Below the pieces are notes generated by a model, which was not told the origin of the DNA, did no database searches, and saw only the letters and a program-made list of their open reading frames with translations. Positions 1-14,526 of a stretch of DNA of 64,000 nt are shown here, one piece after another (the first letter of the stretch is position 1; each line of letters begins with the position of its first letter). Origin of the DNA: Trichoplax sp. H2. Its lineage: Eukaryota. The translations under genes were made by a program, and so were the position numbers. The stretch lies in NCBI GenBank assembly GCA_003344405.1, contig NOWV01000032.1, positions 248,001 to 312,000 on the forward strand, given 5' to 3'.

Positions 1-474
1 CTAAATCGTATAAAAAAAAATGTTACAATTATTTATTGCAATACCTGTGAGATAAGTTGTTATAAAACTTCGTATCTTTACATGTGAATGGAATCATTAT
101 CCATTAAAGAATTTATATTTATTTTAACAATCATTTACAAAATAGGTTTTTATAGCACGTAGACCAAATATGACCTATATCTGAAATGAGTGAACAGTTT
201 AAAAGCTATGGTACCCCCTTGAGTTAATTTATGTATTATTATGATTAATGAGAAATTGAGAATTAAGAATTGTTAAAATATTCGTAGGATAGTTTAGAAA
301 TCTTACAATCTCCGATGAATTTGATACAAAAAAAAATATCGCTAGATTAAACACGATGCAATCCAATCTGTAGCGGGCTTTCAAAAGATATTATTTTGTA
401 AGTTCTGTAACAGTATTGGCCCAATAAATACTTCATTCTTTTACCATCAGATGAAAATAGCCAATTTCATAACA

Positions 475-1206
475 TCAATACTCAAATAATTTTATCTTAA
501 ATAGATCCTTGTCTGCACATTCACGACTTCTATTAAAATAATAAAAGTATCCATCCTTTTTTCTCTGTAGCTTCTTTACAAATCCAGATTCGGGCCATCT
601 TTCAACCTAGATAATAGATACAATTAAAAATACCACCACCGTTAAAGATAACATGACCGTAATATAAACTCGCTTTTAAGAGGCTCTATTCCATAATTAT
701 CCGGTCGAAGCATATAGTCAATAACTGGTTGTAGTATTAAAGCTGCTTTATGGCAGAAAGACAACTAGCACGAATACGTTATAAGAATAAGAATTTAAGA
801 AAATTTTTAATAGTAATAAGCAGTAAATATTTGTAGATTGTAGAGCTATGAATCCTTAAATGCGGTATACATATCAAATTCACCTCTGAATTATCGCCAA
901 CAGAGCAATATTCTATTTCATCGCGATATCCTGCTAATTGAAATCTGTAGGCTATATGACACATCAATTACAAACTAGTAATTAGCTTCATTTCGAAATT
1001 TGTTATAATGTATGTTAAATACGTGAAAATATGTGATTTTTTTTACAGTTTTTACTGCTATAACAATAAACACCGATAATAACTATTTCCTATACGTTAT
1101 CAAATGGGCGTTGCAGTTATAATACCGTACCATCTTCCACCGCAGGATTCCAAATCTTAGGACGCATCATTGATTTTGGCTTTCGATACATAACTGTAGT
1201 GGCCAT
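475..1206 (-). CDS. MEIG1: Meiosis-expressed gene 1 protein (MEIG1), ~91 aa, 3 coding exons (1206-1131, 951-884, 606-475)
   Basis: The spliced translation [91 protein letters not shown] matches MEIG1 motifs (YRFQxAGYRDExEY, RWPExGxVKKLQR, YYxNxxREC). GT-AG introns are in frame. A 5'UTR intron at about 1208-1700 is probable. Confidence 0.93.
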
Positions 1207-1948
1207 TCTTATTTTGAGAAAAAATTCAAAGTAAATAAATATATCATCTTATGATTACATAGTTTTATAATGTGCCATAGAATGTAAATTTATCAAGATA
1301 TCATAAACATTCATTACAGAATACTGTATAGAGTGGAAACTCAAGTTATTTTTTATTTATTAGATATCTTAAGTGTGTATAATCTTGGTAAGAGATCCTC
1401 ACACAAATCTTGACTCTAGATACTAGTAAGATATGATACCGTGCTACTTTAGTAGTACATCTCATATTACTAAATTTACATTAGGAAAATTGTAATAACA
1501 TACGATAACAACCAGGTACAGTATAGATATTATGTAATCTAAAGTGAAGATTATATTCGTACTATAGCGTTTAATATTTAAACAAGCGTACTACTACTTG
1601 CACCCGAAGATATAGATCTGAATAGTATTTATGAAAGAAAAGATATCATCAATGCCTCGTATATGAGTATTTGTTATCACTTATGTCATTCTCTCTTTAC
1701 CTGTTTCTTCCCAATAGCGCGAGTATTAAGGTGGCAATAAGCTAGTAATCCAAAAATTGCTAAGTTACGAATGAAATCACGGGTATATACGTACAACTGC
1801 ACTTATTTTATAAACAGGCCAACTATTGATGGTCAAATCTAAATTTAGGCCCTTTAATACTGATTGTAAGACGGATTAATACCAACTGTACTTGGACGTG
1901 CAACATTTAAATAGTTAAGCTCAGTATTAATGTATGTTTCAATGTTAT

Positions 1949-1962
1949 GATTCCATGGAAAC
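1949..1962. promoter_or_regulatory. Candidate RFX X-box upstream of MEIG1
   Basis: GATTCCATGGAAAC is one mismatch from the palindromic X-box GTTTCCATGGAAAC and lies upstream of the putative MEIG1 5'UTR exon. Confidence 0.5.
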
Positions 1963-1964
1963 CT

Positions 1965-3085
1965 AACTGTACTATACAGTGTACAGTGCACAGTATACAG
2001 TACTGTACTGTATGATCCTTCTCCAAACCGATACTGTAAATCAGCACATATTATAATAATAATTATAATAATTATTGATGTGCTGTACATACAGTATTAT
2101 GTTACATTGGTTAATAGTAAAGTATTTATTTAATTTTATATTAATTAATTAAAGAATCGAATAAGAAAAAGAGCGTGATCTTTTTCGTTTCCAATTCTTT
2201 AATATGAAGTTAAACACTGTGTATTGCCTACAATGAACTACCATGGAACTATTGTACTGTGCTGTGCTGTACTGTACTGTACAGTGTACAGTATAATGAG
2301 ATACAGTGTGTTACTATTCTTTGCAAGGTACTGTACGATGTCTTGATATTAATGAGCTCGTCTTTGCCGCTTTAAGATTTTCAAAATTGAGTGTACAGTA
2401 CAGTAAAATTCGATTTGAGGTAGAAGTTTAAAAATTAAAAATTTTTACGCCATTTCCGTCTTTTCGGCAAAAATGTGTTTTATCAAGACATCTTTGAAGA
2501 ATGGACTCAAAAAGATACGCTGGTTTTTATGTACTGTATACTCAAAAAATGCACGATAGTGAAAAATGGACCGTAGACACTACTACGATCTTTAGTGTAC
2601 TGTAGGTGCAGTCATAGACTAATACTGTAAGTTCACCTATGAATTTAGTAGTCCATGTACCCGATAATTGTACAGTAACAGTAGTTACAGTACCGTATGC
2701 ACAATGTTATGTTCCTAGGATGTAAAATATTGCTGTACCAATGTACTATCAAGAGTACGCCGTAAATAGGTAGACTTTCTACTGCAAAACTTCATTTTAC
2801 CAAGTTGCTATAATTTAATACAGCGTGATACCATGACAGCATCTTGATCTTGATCTGACCACCATAACCAGGCCTGTAAACAATGATATCATTACGTGCA
2901 AGTTTATACCAAGGAGGTAAAATGCTTTGTTGTGCCACTTTGATATTATTATAAGACTGTACTGTACTGTATTTATCAATCCAGATACAGTACAGTACGT
3001 ACATGCAGTCGCACTGTACAGTACTATGTAATTATAACATTCAGTACTGTACTGTACATTGTACAATAATTAATTAATTTAATCG
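1965..3085. repeat. Clusters of degenerate TACAG/CTGTA(C) pentamer repeats and TTAA tandems in the MEIG1/METTL26 divergent promoter
   Basis: Examples: ctgtactatacagtgtacagtgcacagtatacagtactgtactgta (~1968-2012), gtactgtgctgtgctgtactgtactgtacagtgtacagta (~2254-2293), the tract at ~2957-3065, and ttaattaattaa runs at ~2141 and ~3069. Confidence 0.75.
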
Positions 3086-3166
3086 AAACGGATGTGTTGA
3101 TTCATACTCTATTATTGATCAAAAGGCCAAGGAGCTAGGAAATACTGCAATCTTATACTTAAAAGC

Positions 3167-5088
3167 ATGGCAACACATTGGTTTTCTGCTAGTGAACGCA
3201 ATAAACATCATATTTGCGATGTACTCAAGCAAGTACTTAATTCTAATGATAGTTACTCTGTCGCTGAGGTTGCTTCCGGACATGGTCAACACATCTGTTT
3301 CTTTGCAAAAGAATTTCGACAGTCAGTTTGGTCTCCAACAGAAATCAACGCCGAATACTTAAACAGGTCGAACCACATAAACGAGTAAACGTTGAATTGA
3401 ATCATATTCTGTAAGCATAGTATTTTGGAAGGCAATGATGTCCACTATAATTTACAGTCTATAAAATTTTCTACCATGCTGTGCAGTTATTAATTGCTTT
3501 AATGCAGGTCGAAGCTGGGAATTTTGATCGCTCACATCATCAGCTTTAATTAACCTAGGTTAACAGAAAATGTAAATCGTGAGCAATTATCTAATGTCAA
3601 ACCTGCCGTACTACTTGATGCATCCTGGGAGCCAAGCCGATGGAAGGAATCCTTGTCTGTAAATGGTTACGATCTTGTGATCAATATTAACATGGTCCAT
3701 ATCTCTCCCTTTGAAGCTACAATTGTAAGTGTTATTAGTGAGACATGCACCTTACAAAAAATGAATCGCCGTTTTTGGGCCCATGCTTTTAGATCAGTTA
3801 CACAACAATGATTAGTGATCATTCAAATTTTGTTGCACAAACATCATGTATAGTATACATGCACGCGTACAGTAAACTTACATTCTTTAAGCTTTAGTCA
3901 ATCATTCCTCTAAGGTTAATGGTATAACACTGGGTAATTCGTCATTATTCTTAAAATTCAGATTTTCCAACGTGTTCTGTAAAGTCTGCAAGGATTCGTT
4001 CAGATAATATATATGTACAATTGGGATAATTATCCCGATCATCTGAACTAATTTTGATCTGAATTGAGTTTTATAACTGAGATAATGATGTGTGTTCAAC
4101 TGACTAATTTATAAGTAAGTTATAAATATCTAACTGAAATAATGAATTGTGCCGTGTATAAGACTGGGTGCTTTACAGTTAATGCTGATATCCTGTTAAT
4201 ATACAGTACAGTACAACAAAGTGTATGCAGTCTTTAATTTCTGCAAGTCTTATCCATACCTTTGTGTTTATCAATTATACTTATGCTGCATATGCTATCT
4301 TTTTAGGGTCTCTTTAATGGTGCAGCCAGCATCCTCAAACAAAATGGTTATCTTCTGTTATATGGGGTATGTTTTGCGAGTTTGCTACAGATATATCGAA
4401 ATTATTGTAGAGCATCTTCTAACTTGCGATGCTTCCAATCACTATTCATTCGTTCTCTTGATAGATGCTATAGCGGGTATTAGAGTTCAATTATGTGAAA
4501 ATTTTTCTATTAAACATCTGTATTTACGCGTTCTTGTTTACAACTTTAAATTTACATAGCCTTATGCGATTCACGGTGTTATCAGTCCAGAAAGCAACGT
4601 TAAATTTCATCATTGGCTAAAGAGCAAGTTCGTTAGATATATTCTTAATTTTGCTATTGCTTTTTATAACTATCGTAAATGTCGTAATGCGATACGGGGT
4701 CATGGTTGAAGCTGCTCTGTAATTTCATTGTTAGGTGCACGGAATGGGGATTGCGGGATGTATTTGAGCTAGAAACGTTAGCACACAAAAATAACATGGT
4801 TCTTGAGAAAACGGTAGGTATCACTGGAGAAAAAGATCACTAAATAGATTGAACAGTTTTCTATTATACCTGGTAATATTGTAACTATGGAGGCTTATAT
4901 GATATCTTTCTCTTGCTGATTTACCGTACTTCATTTTATAATAGAGTTAAATTCATGCAATGCATTTAATATCGGAGTGGACAAAATAAATATATCGTAC
5001 TACGTATTTTAATTTTTTTTTTATTTATTTCAAGATCGACATGCCTGCCAATAACAAAATATTGCTCTTTCGAAAATTGGGTGCATGA
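3167..5088 (+). CDS. METTL26: Methyltransferase-like 26 (DUF938 family), 6 exons (3167-3366, 3559-3724, 4307-4366, 4560-4627, 4735-4813, 5035-5088)
   Basis: Motifs ASERNK, EVASGHGQH, WSPTE, INMVHISPF, GLF..A..L...G.LLLYGPYA, PESNVKF, EWGLRD and DMPANNKILLFRK assemble in frame across GT-AG introns. Confidence 0.92.
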
Positions 5089-6268
5089 ATAAATATGGGA
5101 CTGCATTCAAAATCTATTTTCTATTGTGGATTAACTCTATCTATCAGATGGTGTTCTCGTACATCATAGCAAATTTATTGTGTTAGTATTGTGAAGTATC
5201 ATTTTTACATCGTAATAACTGCTGTTTAATGTATTTAAGTTTTCAGTTGTTTTTTCTATAGTACCATGAAAATAAAACAATAAAAATAACCGCATTCGTT
5301 AAATTATTATTAACTTTTATTATAAAAATATAAGCTTTGGCAGGTTCATTACTCTCTTAGAAATCGAGGATATAGATAATGAAACATAAGTAATAGAGAA
5401 CGTTTACGGAAGACAAACTATATCATACTACAAATTATGATCTGGATGCTAAATTAGATTGCTTGCATATTAGTATCTTATAGGAACTTTACGGGTATTT
5501 ACGGTTAGCTATATTTATATATAGTATTGCGTATAAAACCATTGAAAAGTGTACGGTATGATACTATAAATACCCTCATGCCTTGCGGAAAGATAACGCA
5601 GTAAAGTTAGAAGTTCGTTTACCACAGTATCAATAAGCAGGTTCACAACAAAATTACACAACATTACTATTGTCTACGTACAGGTAAGAGCTACTAGAAA
5701 AAGGAATCAATTATTAGTAGTTTTATAACGTAGTAGTCCTTGGTCCAGATAAGGTGTGACTGTAGCGTACGACGTATATAATTTTATACTAGTGTTATTA
5801 GCGTGTTTCTTGTGTGCTAGTTTTAGAATAAAATCCTGAATTTCTTGTAATTTCTTAAAGAGAATTCTACATACACTTCGATCTTCGAATTGACATGGAG
5901 AAAAATCTTAAATCCTTCCCAATTAAAATATTCCAAGTCCGTAATAGATTTTACAGTAACTTTTAAGCTATGATTTCTAAAAAGCCAGATTTATTGGTTG
6001 AACTATTTATTTAATAGCAATTCCAACTTAATCACATAATTTTTATTCTGATAGGGGATAATTTGTTTTTATTGTAACGACATAAGTGTGGAATGATTGC
6101 TTACTGTTAATAAATATTTAAATACCATATCCAACCTTACATGATCAATAGAATTCAAATTTTAGTTAAATCTCCTACCGTTAAATAAAGCTTTAAACCT
6201 TAAACTTTAATATCAATCTACTACGTACGGCACAGTCTTCCGCACTGTGCTGCATGCAAAGCACGGTA

Positions 6269-9200
6269 TTACTCCTTAGCGGCAGTCCCAACGGGACCAT
6301 CTAGTACGTGATTGGATTGAAGTGGGTTGAAAAGTCCTGAATCGGCAGGACTACTAAGACTTCGTCGGTGAAGCTGGTGCGCCGAACTGCTTTCCAATTT
6401 CTAGTATCATGTTGTGTTAGGTATTAGAAAGTGTTAATGAATTCAGTCAATGTAACTACCAGATATTTAGGATTAAGAGATTAATAATAAATAGCAAAGC
6501 CGCAATGTTAGCCATAGTATCATCAACTTACAGGCATTGGGCTGGGAGATGCAATAGAAGCCTCCGCTGTAGAACTTCTATAAGAATCAGTTAGTATTTC
6601 TACAGATTTAAGTCTTGGTTCGAGACTGTTACCCCTGAAATACAGTACAAGATCAAGGCAATTGCAATTACTGTACTATCATTTTGATCGCAATAACGAA
6701 AACATTTTCCAATGCCGGAATTAGTGTTTTCGCTTACCATGACATTAAATAAATCTTATCTAAAGCCGATACTATCGTAACGTACATATATCTTCAGATA
6801 ATTAAATTAACGGTAAATTTTTATCTAGCTTTACTGTACCTTCAATAACATTAAGCTAGAGCGGCAAAAAAGATATTTTACTTATTTACTTTTATAAACA
6901 TCTTAGTATAGGATCTGGAAAACTTACATTTCCTTGCGTGCAATGCCTCGTCTATTATGCGGAAAAGTAATAGTATGACTACCGCCGCAGCTGCGCAGTG
7001 ATGGTATATCATACATGCCAACAACACTTGATTTTCGGAGAAATGAAGTTTATTTATCACTTTACAGTTAGTAGTAGTAATACTAATCCATTCAAAATAC
7101 GGATGAAATTACGTGAATCTTACTGTTTTTGATGAAATCGAACTGCTTCTACTTTTATTGGTGAATCTGCACGGCTAGAGGATCTTAACGGTAAAGGCTG
7201 TTGCAAAGGTAATGATGGTACAATTCTAAAATATGTATGTTAGAAATCAAATTCAGCGGATTACGCAACTTTCTAGGATAGCAAATCAACATATGAATAA
7301 TTGCATATACTAACTCAGATTTGGTTTTTGCTACAGGACTATTGCAAGATATGCAATAAAACTTTTCTATTAAACGCCTACGATCAATGCCAAATACAAA
7401 TGATGGTATATTAGCTATATAAAACTGTAACCCATCAAATCTGAAGTTGACGATATCCAAGTAATCAAGGAAACTAACAGCGCTTAAATTTATAATTTAA
7501 TTTTATTGCAAATCATCGACCGCAGGTTAACCTACTTGCGTAATCCTGCTGCTAATTCTGCCACGTTAAGACTTTCCTTATCGCTTTTATCCCCAGTATG
7601 AGTCTGTGTTACCTTTTTAACATACTTTTCTATACAAAAATGAAAGGATATTTTTTTTATACGACTACATTCCTCACCTTACACAAACACCGAATCTCCT
7701 AGATCATGAACTACTATATAATTCATCTATTGTTATATGAAGAGTATATTAATTATTAAATATTATTATTGCAATCATAATAGTACGCAATTAGAAGTAT
7801 CATAAAAACACTTTAAATTTAATCGAAAGAAGTAAACGATTAGTCGCTTGCGTGTACACGTAAAATAAAGATTTAAAGATAACAATATTCTTCAACTAAA
7901 TGCCTCAGGTACACTGAGAGGTCTTATTTACCTAAATATTTTCGTAAGTTCGAAATAGACGTTTTATCTAATTTTTTTCCAACCGCAGTAGCCAAACCCT
8001 CTAATTGTCCTACCGCATCTTTTACCGCTAAGCCCTGTCATTGCGATCAAACAAAGTATAATTACAGCGCATCTAAGTCTTTCTTGTGAATTGAAGAAGT
8101 AAATAAAACTACTATAATACGTACATTTTTATCCAACTTCGATATAGTTTCAGTAATTTTAGCTTCGATTCGGAGTCGAACTGTATTCAAATCACTCATA
8201 TTAACCTTATCCTTAATTTCTTCTTTATCGGCTTTCTAACAAAGCATAATAGTGGTAACGCATTTATTATCCTGAAATCTCTTTAGACTAGCATGAATCA
8301 TTTACAGAACGTCTGTGAATCCCTAATCCAGCAAAATATACTATCCTATTCCTAGCCGATTGTCACTACTCAAATACACGTAGCTCAACCCAAGAACAAA
8401 TTGCTAGCAAACTGGAATATATGAGTATTGCTACGTGATCTAATATTTACTGTATATTGATTCATCGAACCAGCAGTAATAACGTTACAATAGATCTAGA
8501 ATACTCATCGGTACAAGACACATTCTCAACATTAGACTGTCGCCGAATAACGTATTAATACACATAAATTACATTGCTCTCTCTTCTTGTCCTTAATCTC
8601 TGTGTCCGTCTCCTAACTCTAACCGTAAATATGCGTTATCTACTCTCAATCATCTTGTCTTTGTCTTCATTAAGAATAGTTATCACTACAAGTTTAATAC
8701 GATTCAGAACTCGATTTGACAGTTTCCATTTCTATTCTCTGAGTTAACATTAAAACTATTAAAACTATCACAAAAATCACTGCTATTAAATCGAATGGTC
8801 GGTATAAAGTTACGGTAATTTCCTACAATATAATATTTTTTATTACCTGTTCATCAATCTTCCCTACTTCTGTGCCCAAATCATCCTTATCTACTTTACC
8901 TTGTGATAATCTATCAGCAGCTTCAAATAACTCCTATGAAACAGCACCAAAACTTTCTTCAACGACAAACTTAAATCGCTATCAAGCAATTACTAATTAT
9001 AATAGAAGCAGATCAATATCAATGGCCAGATTATGGATATTTGGCCCTAACATACGAGTACACAATCTCAGTTACTGTAATGAAATGGCCACCATGGTTA
9101 ACGGTATTTATACTCTATATTGCTACATACTTACTACGATATCAAGCTTTAATTTATCATCGCTATCTAAGATTTGTCTAATATTGACAGCATGCTTGTT

Positions 9201-12200
9201 CTGTTCGGTTAGAAGTCGATGCGATTGTCGCTGTAGAATATCAATATCGTCATTTGTCTAATGGTAATAATTAATGCGCAGTGTTTAGAAACATAAACCA
9301 GCGATTCTATTTACGAAATTTTATTGGCACCCAATATCATCATAGCTGCAATTTTATAACCTTTTTAATCGAATCCCTAATTTCTTGACTTATGTCTTCG
9401 AGTTGACGCACTTGCTGAAGCAATTTTTCAGACATCTCGCTTTGATTTATGGTATCTAAAATGTCCGAAATTACGATATTTAAACAGATTGCTATACACT
9501 CTTGTAAATACAGTAGAAAGCTAAAGACTTGAATTTATTATATACTATTTTTACTTTCGACTACGGATAATACTCAAAATACATCTGATGTATGTAAGGA
9601 GAAAAAACATGGTAGGTATGCTTTCAGAACTACAGTACAAGTATTCAATCCAAACCTTTAAGTTTTTTCAACTCTAATCTATCAACTTTCCTTTCCTATT
9701 AAAAATATTAAATTCAAATTAGACCAATAAAGTTCAATTCAATTAATTACAATGTACACCGAATAATATACTTTTTGTCGAACGTCATTGTTACAAGCTT
9801 TTTTATTTCTTACTTAAACTTCATTATGTACTGTCTTTTCTTAATTCATAAATCTAATGTGATTTCTACCATGGCAGTCAAGCAACGGCTTAGTTTTCAG
9901 TAAGTAATTAAAGCTAAACAACTTACCTTTAAGAGTTGAATATCCTTTTGTGCATCCTCCACATTATCAGCATAAGTACCTACTCGCTTTCTAAGTTCAT
10001 CTAACATATCATCGCTATTGATTAAAATACCATCAATTTCTTTCAACTTATTATTAACTGTTTCGCGAAAGCGCTCAAATTCGTTATGATTTAATCTATC
10101 ATTTTTAAGATCTTGATGAGCTGTTAGCGATCTTGCCCGGTAGCCATAAGAAGAATCTCGCCGATTGGGGTCATCATCTGCATCGAAAATACTACGTCTT
10201 CTACCGTCAGCAGTAATTGCCAACTCGTTTTTGCCCTGGTAAGCTTGATTTTGATTAAGGAGTAACTGATTTAAATTGCGAAGTCTCCCTTCTAGCTCAC
10301 CAAGTATCGAATCCTTCATCGTTTTTAAACCATCATAAAAGACTGGACGAGTAACGTAAGAATCGAAAGTTGCCTCTGATGGTAACTTATTCATTTTTTG
10401 TTTGAGATTAAACTGTAGATGTAAACGTTAAAAATTATTTGTAATACAGGAGAATGTCAACTCTTGCGATAAGTTTAAGTTATAATAGGTTATTGTAGAC
10501 GGCAGAACATAAGATGTGTAAAAATGTTAAACAGTTTATCCATACACCTTACCGCGATAGTCCTAACATTATTAACTTCCTCATCCAAAGTATTAATTCG
10601 ATTATCTACCTTTGATCCTAACCGAAATTGCGATTAGTATTTGCAATTAGTGTATTATTTGGAACATTTGAAAAAATTTAAATAAATTCTTGCAGTAATA
10701 ACATCTCCTTCTTCAACTAATTAATTGATTGAAATACCTTTAGAACAAGCTAATTCCTGGACTTTTTCCCCTAAAGTATGAAGTGACTGTTGAATAAAAC
10801 CTATTTTGACGTCTAAATCCTATCATGAATATTAAATATTGAAGATATTAAATTGAATACATTAATAACCCAAATTAGGTACGATTAAGCTCATACTACA
10901 GTAATGGTAATATCAAATGTACATTCAAATAACGTCCTTATTGGCTGTCTTACAAGAACCCGTTAATCAGTTAGAGAGTATACCGATATCTAGTACAGTA
11001 GTTACTCGTATAGTTTGAAAAAAATTAAATAAAGTATTATGATTATTTCAATTCTTTCATTACTTGACCAAACCTAGTGAACCGTTTCTGAATTTACAAA
11101 GATAATAAAAACTACTGTATTCCGTATTTATTTCTTGAAATCGCATAAGGTGTCTGTCTAAGAATATCGCTAAAGTCCATAACGTAAGGCATGAATAATT
11201 ATAAAATACAATTATACAATTATATAGTTAATTAATCATCTTTAAGTTGTGTGTAGTATATACGCAGATTAACAGTCTTAATTCTTATTGGATTGACAAT
11301 AAGTAATTATGGCCTGACATTACCTGAACACATTACAAAATACTTAGAGAGAACAAAAGAAATCTTAAGTGTTAGCTGATGATGATGACAAATATGCGTA
11401 ATACTATCACATCACCACATCGTTTCTTCATCAGTATAATGTTCACAATAGTTTCACCTACCTTATCGATCAATGACAGTTTGCTGTCTATTTCTTTGCT
11501 AAACGCATTCGCCCAGTCTGTTGACAATGCATCTAATTCTTTCACTACTCCATCTAGAATTGACGATAGCTAACGTAAAAAAGTAGCATAATATTACTAT
11601 TCCAATTTAGCATTATCTCACAATATTGTCGATTAAATGTTTATAGCACATTGTGATGTATTCTCTATTCATTATGTAGAATAACATTAGATAAAATTAC
11701 GCAGCAAGACATTCCATACTAAACACGTCATCATAAAAACTACGTAGAGAGAAGATATCATAGCAATTATCTTTCCAGTATATTTTCAATTAAATCCCCG
11801 TAATTCTTACGGTATCAGATATTTTAAGTATCCGTTACTCCTCATATCTAGAAATATTCAACACAATTCTATAACCCATTTATAGTATATACGTAATAAG
11901 CTTACTGCTTCTAATGTTTCTTCGGCCGCACCAATGCGCTTCGATAAGTTATTATTTTTCCATAGATCAGAAACAGACGATACCGCTCTGCTCCTAGTAA
12001 TTTCTGGAAGTTTCTGAAGTTGTGATTGTGAGATCTCCTTGTTATCTGCAAAAGATAATATAATTTACTCAATCCAAATTAATGCAAAGTTTTAAAAATT
12101 TACGGCTAAAAGTAAAATCACCTGTTAAGCCATCTAAAGTTGGAGAGGTGGTTGGATTTTCTTCATCCTGAAATGAATTCTTATCTCCTTCATTTGTGAT

Positions 12201-12638
12201 CGATGGAGTTGCTCGATTAGAGCTTTGATGATTCTGCGTAAGAATTTCTGGGTTCGACGAATCAGCTGGATTTTCGATCGAAGGTGTATCATTATTACTT
12301 TGATTCCGTTCACCTTTAGCGCGCTCTTGATTATCCTTGAAGATTTCTTCTTGCGCTTGAGGTTTAATAACCTGGTTATGATGCAGTAACTTTTCGAGCT
12401 TGATTTGTAACCCCTGCTGATTCATATAATTACTTCTTATCGATCTTCCAGTTTCTACTTCTGCTAGAGAATTCTCATTGTTGTAGCTAGTAGCAATTTC
12501 CAGAGGCTCTGGCGATCGATTAAATCTTATAATAATGCTGTTTAACAAGCCATGCAAGTGATGCAAATTAATGGTCCCGTGGAAAGGGTCTAATGATAAA
12601 TCCAATAAATTCTTCAAATCAGCGTTGATTGTAGCCAT
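6269..12638 (-). CDS. Multi-exon coiled-coil protein, QRICH2/C16orf96 (DUF4795)-like
   Basis: The N-terminus LKNLLDLSL...GTINLHHLHGLLNSII resembles the QRICH2/C16orf96 N-terminal motif. An exon at ~11.9-12.0 kb encodes VSDLWKNNNLSKRIGAAEE, and one at ~8.1-8.2 kb encodes KADKEEIKDKVN. Many small coiled-coil exons lie between; the last exon 6400-6269 ends ...GTAAKE*. Not all internal exon boundaries were verified. Confidence 0.65.
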
Positions 12639-13434
12639 TTTTATTAACCAAGTAACTCACTATTATTATCTATTAATTAGTTGTCACTACATACAGGAAA
12701 GTGTACAGTTGCAACGTGTGTAACAATAATGTCAATAACGTAAAAACACATTGAAAGCATTAACTGCATTTTATTTTATAGACTTTGAAATTTTTTAAGT
12801 AGATGAATTATTGCATGCAATGTATTTCTTAAACTTTTTAAGTTGCTACCCGGCTATAAATATGACAGTATATGTTTTAGTTTAGTTTATCGTGTGGTCA
12901 CTAGGGTGATGATGCAGCGTATACAGTACAGCAAAGGCTGTGGTTGCGATGACTATTGTCTAATACAGTTTGCATGTAATTATATTTTATGAATGCAGTA
13001 GCATTGTTACTATCCCACTTTTTATTATTAATTAGCTACAAATACATGTTGATTTAACAATCTCACTATAGTATTACAATTTGTATAACAAAAGCAAGTA
13101 AGACAAACGTGTAGGGACATTAATGAATTAATTATCTCAACAATGTATTAATGCTATCTATTCGTTAGTGTGGGAATGTTATGCTCTGATAAATTTTATG
13201 GGATCACTTCAACTGAAGATCAACTTTGTTCAAGGTGCAAAAAAACCGAAACACTTTATCAGACCGTATGCAGAGCAGCGAATGAAATTGATCCAGTAGA
13301 GAGTACTGGAGGATTTTAGGCTCAGTATGTTACAGTATTAGTCCATAAAACAATTAATCTTCACCAAACATAAAGCTTCATCAAGACCAAAAATTATGTA
13401 CAACTATGCATAGATTACATTTAGTAATCCACGG

Positions 13435-13523
13435 TGTACATTATTGTAGTCGGACAATTCATGAATAATTAGATTTACGGTTAGGGTTATTATTCATGAA
13501 TTGCCCGACTACAGTAATGCACA
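13435..13523. repeat. 35-bp inverted repeat (3 mismatches) with a 19-nt spacer containing GGTTAGGGTT; small palindromic MITE-like element or hairpin
   Basis: tgtacattattgtagtcggacaattcatgaataat (13435-13469) pairs with attattcatgaattgcccgactacagtaatgcaca (13489-13523). Confidence 0.85.
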
Positions 13524-14526
13524 TACAGTACAACCACTTAAAGTAGAAATATACAGTATAGTATCTATGTGACTGTTACAAAGCCCCTTCATTAATGTTA
13601 CTACATAAAAGTACGTAACGCTTCTATATAATTATAATGGATATTTATTTTTAAATTTTATCAAGAAACACGTAATAAATTATGGACATTTACTGAACGA
13701 TCACAATTATTAATAGTTCAGTAAATGCCAAATACAGTATACCGTTACGTATGCTGTAACAACACTGTACATCACTTGTCGAAATTTGACGAGAAAAGTT
13801 TAAAGGTATAATTGGATCAAATTTACTCTTTCTTAATATACTGTATATTCCAAACGAATTAAATAAATAATAATAGTATGACAGAATCTTGGATCAAGTT
13901 AATTCATTCAAGTAGTAAACTACCTTTTCAAATGAAGCGGAAGATAATTAATTGATTCATCTGCGGAAAGCAACAAATTGACGGTTAAGCTATCTTAGAT
14001 AGGTACGATGCTCGATCGACAAAGTAGAATAAATTATTGTTATTGTATTAACTGTTCATTTAGTGAATGAAATTGTAATCCCTATAACTGTATTTCATCC
14101 TACTGGTACGGACGTACGGTATACCAGGACCACGATGTCCTGTAGCATGGGACATAATTGCTACTCGTATTATATAGACCAACAGTACACAGTATAGTAC
14201 TAATGCTGTATCATTTTACCTGTTTATGTACTGTATGCTACTGTATGTACTGTACAGTATACTAGTATAGACAGACACGATACGCAGGTTTTCTTATTGC
14301 TTGACTGACTGATTCTCATCGCTGATAGTACAGTACTGTACGTACTGTACGATGGTCGTGGTACTGTAGCGAAAACAGAGTTCACTCATTCCAATCTACA
14401 ATGTACAGTACATAGTTTCGCAGTACAAAATGGTACTGTAGATACTCGACTAAAGCAAATTTGACCTGACAGCAAATACTTCTTGTTTAGTTGACCGTAC
14501 TAAAGCTGCCGAAATTGGAGCGCATA

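Noticed and set aside
2149..2595. Possible Kolobok-like MITE (TTAA AG...CT TTAG ends)
   Set aside because: The terminal inverted match is too short and degenerate to support.
1854..3066. Short ORFs rich in YSTV/TVQY/CTV (also 25396-25611 and 29307-29492)
   Set aside because: They are translations of the TACAG/CTGTA repeats, not proteins.
8872..9261. Plus-strand ORFs (also 11379-11573, 35199-35498) and minus-strand ORFs 32711-32905, 37720-37923, 25700-26063
   Set aside because: They are antisense shadows of real exons on the opposite strand.
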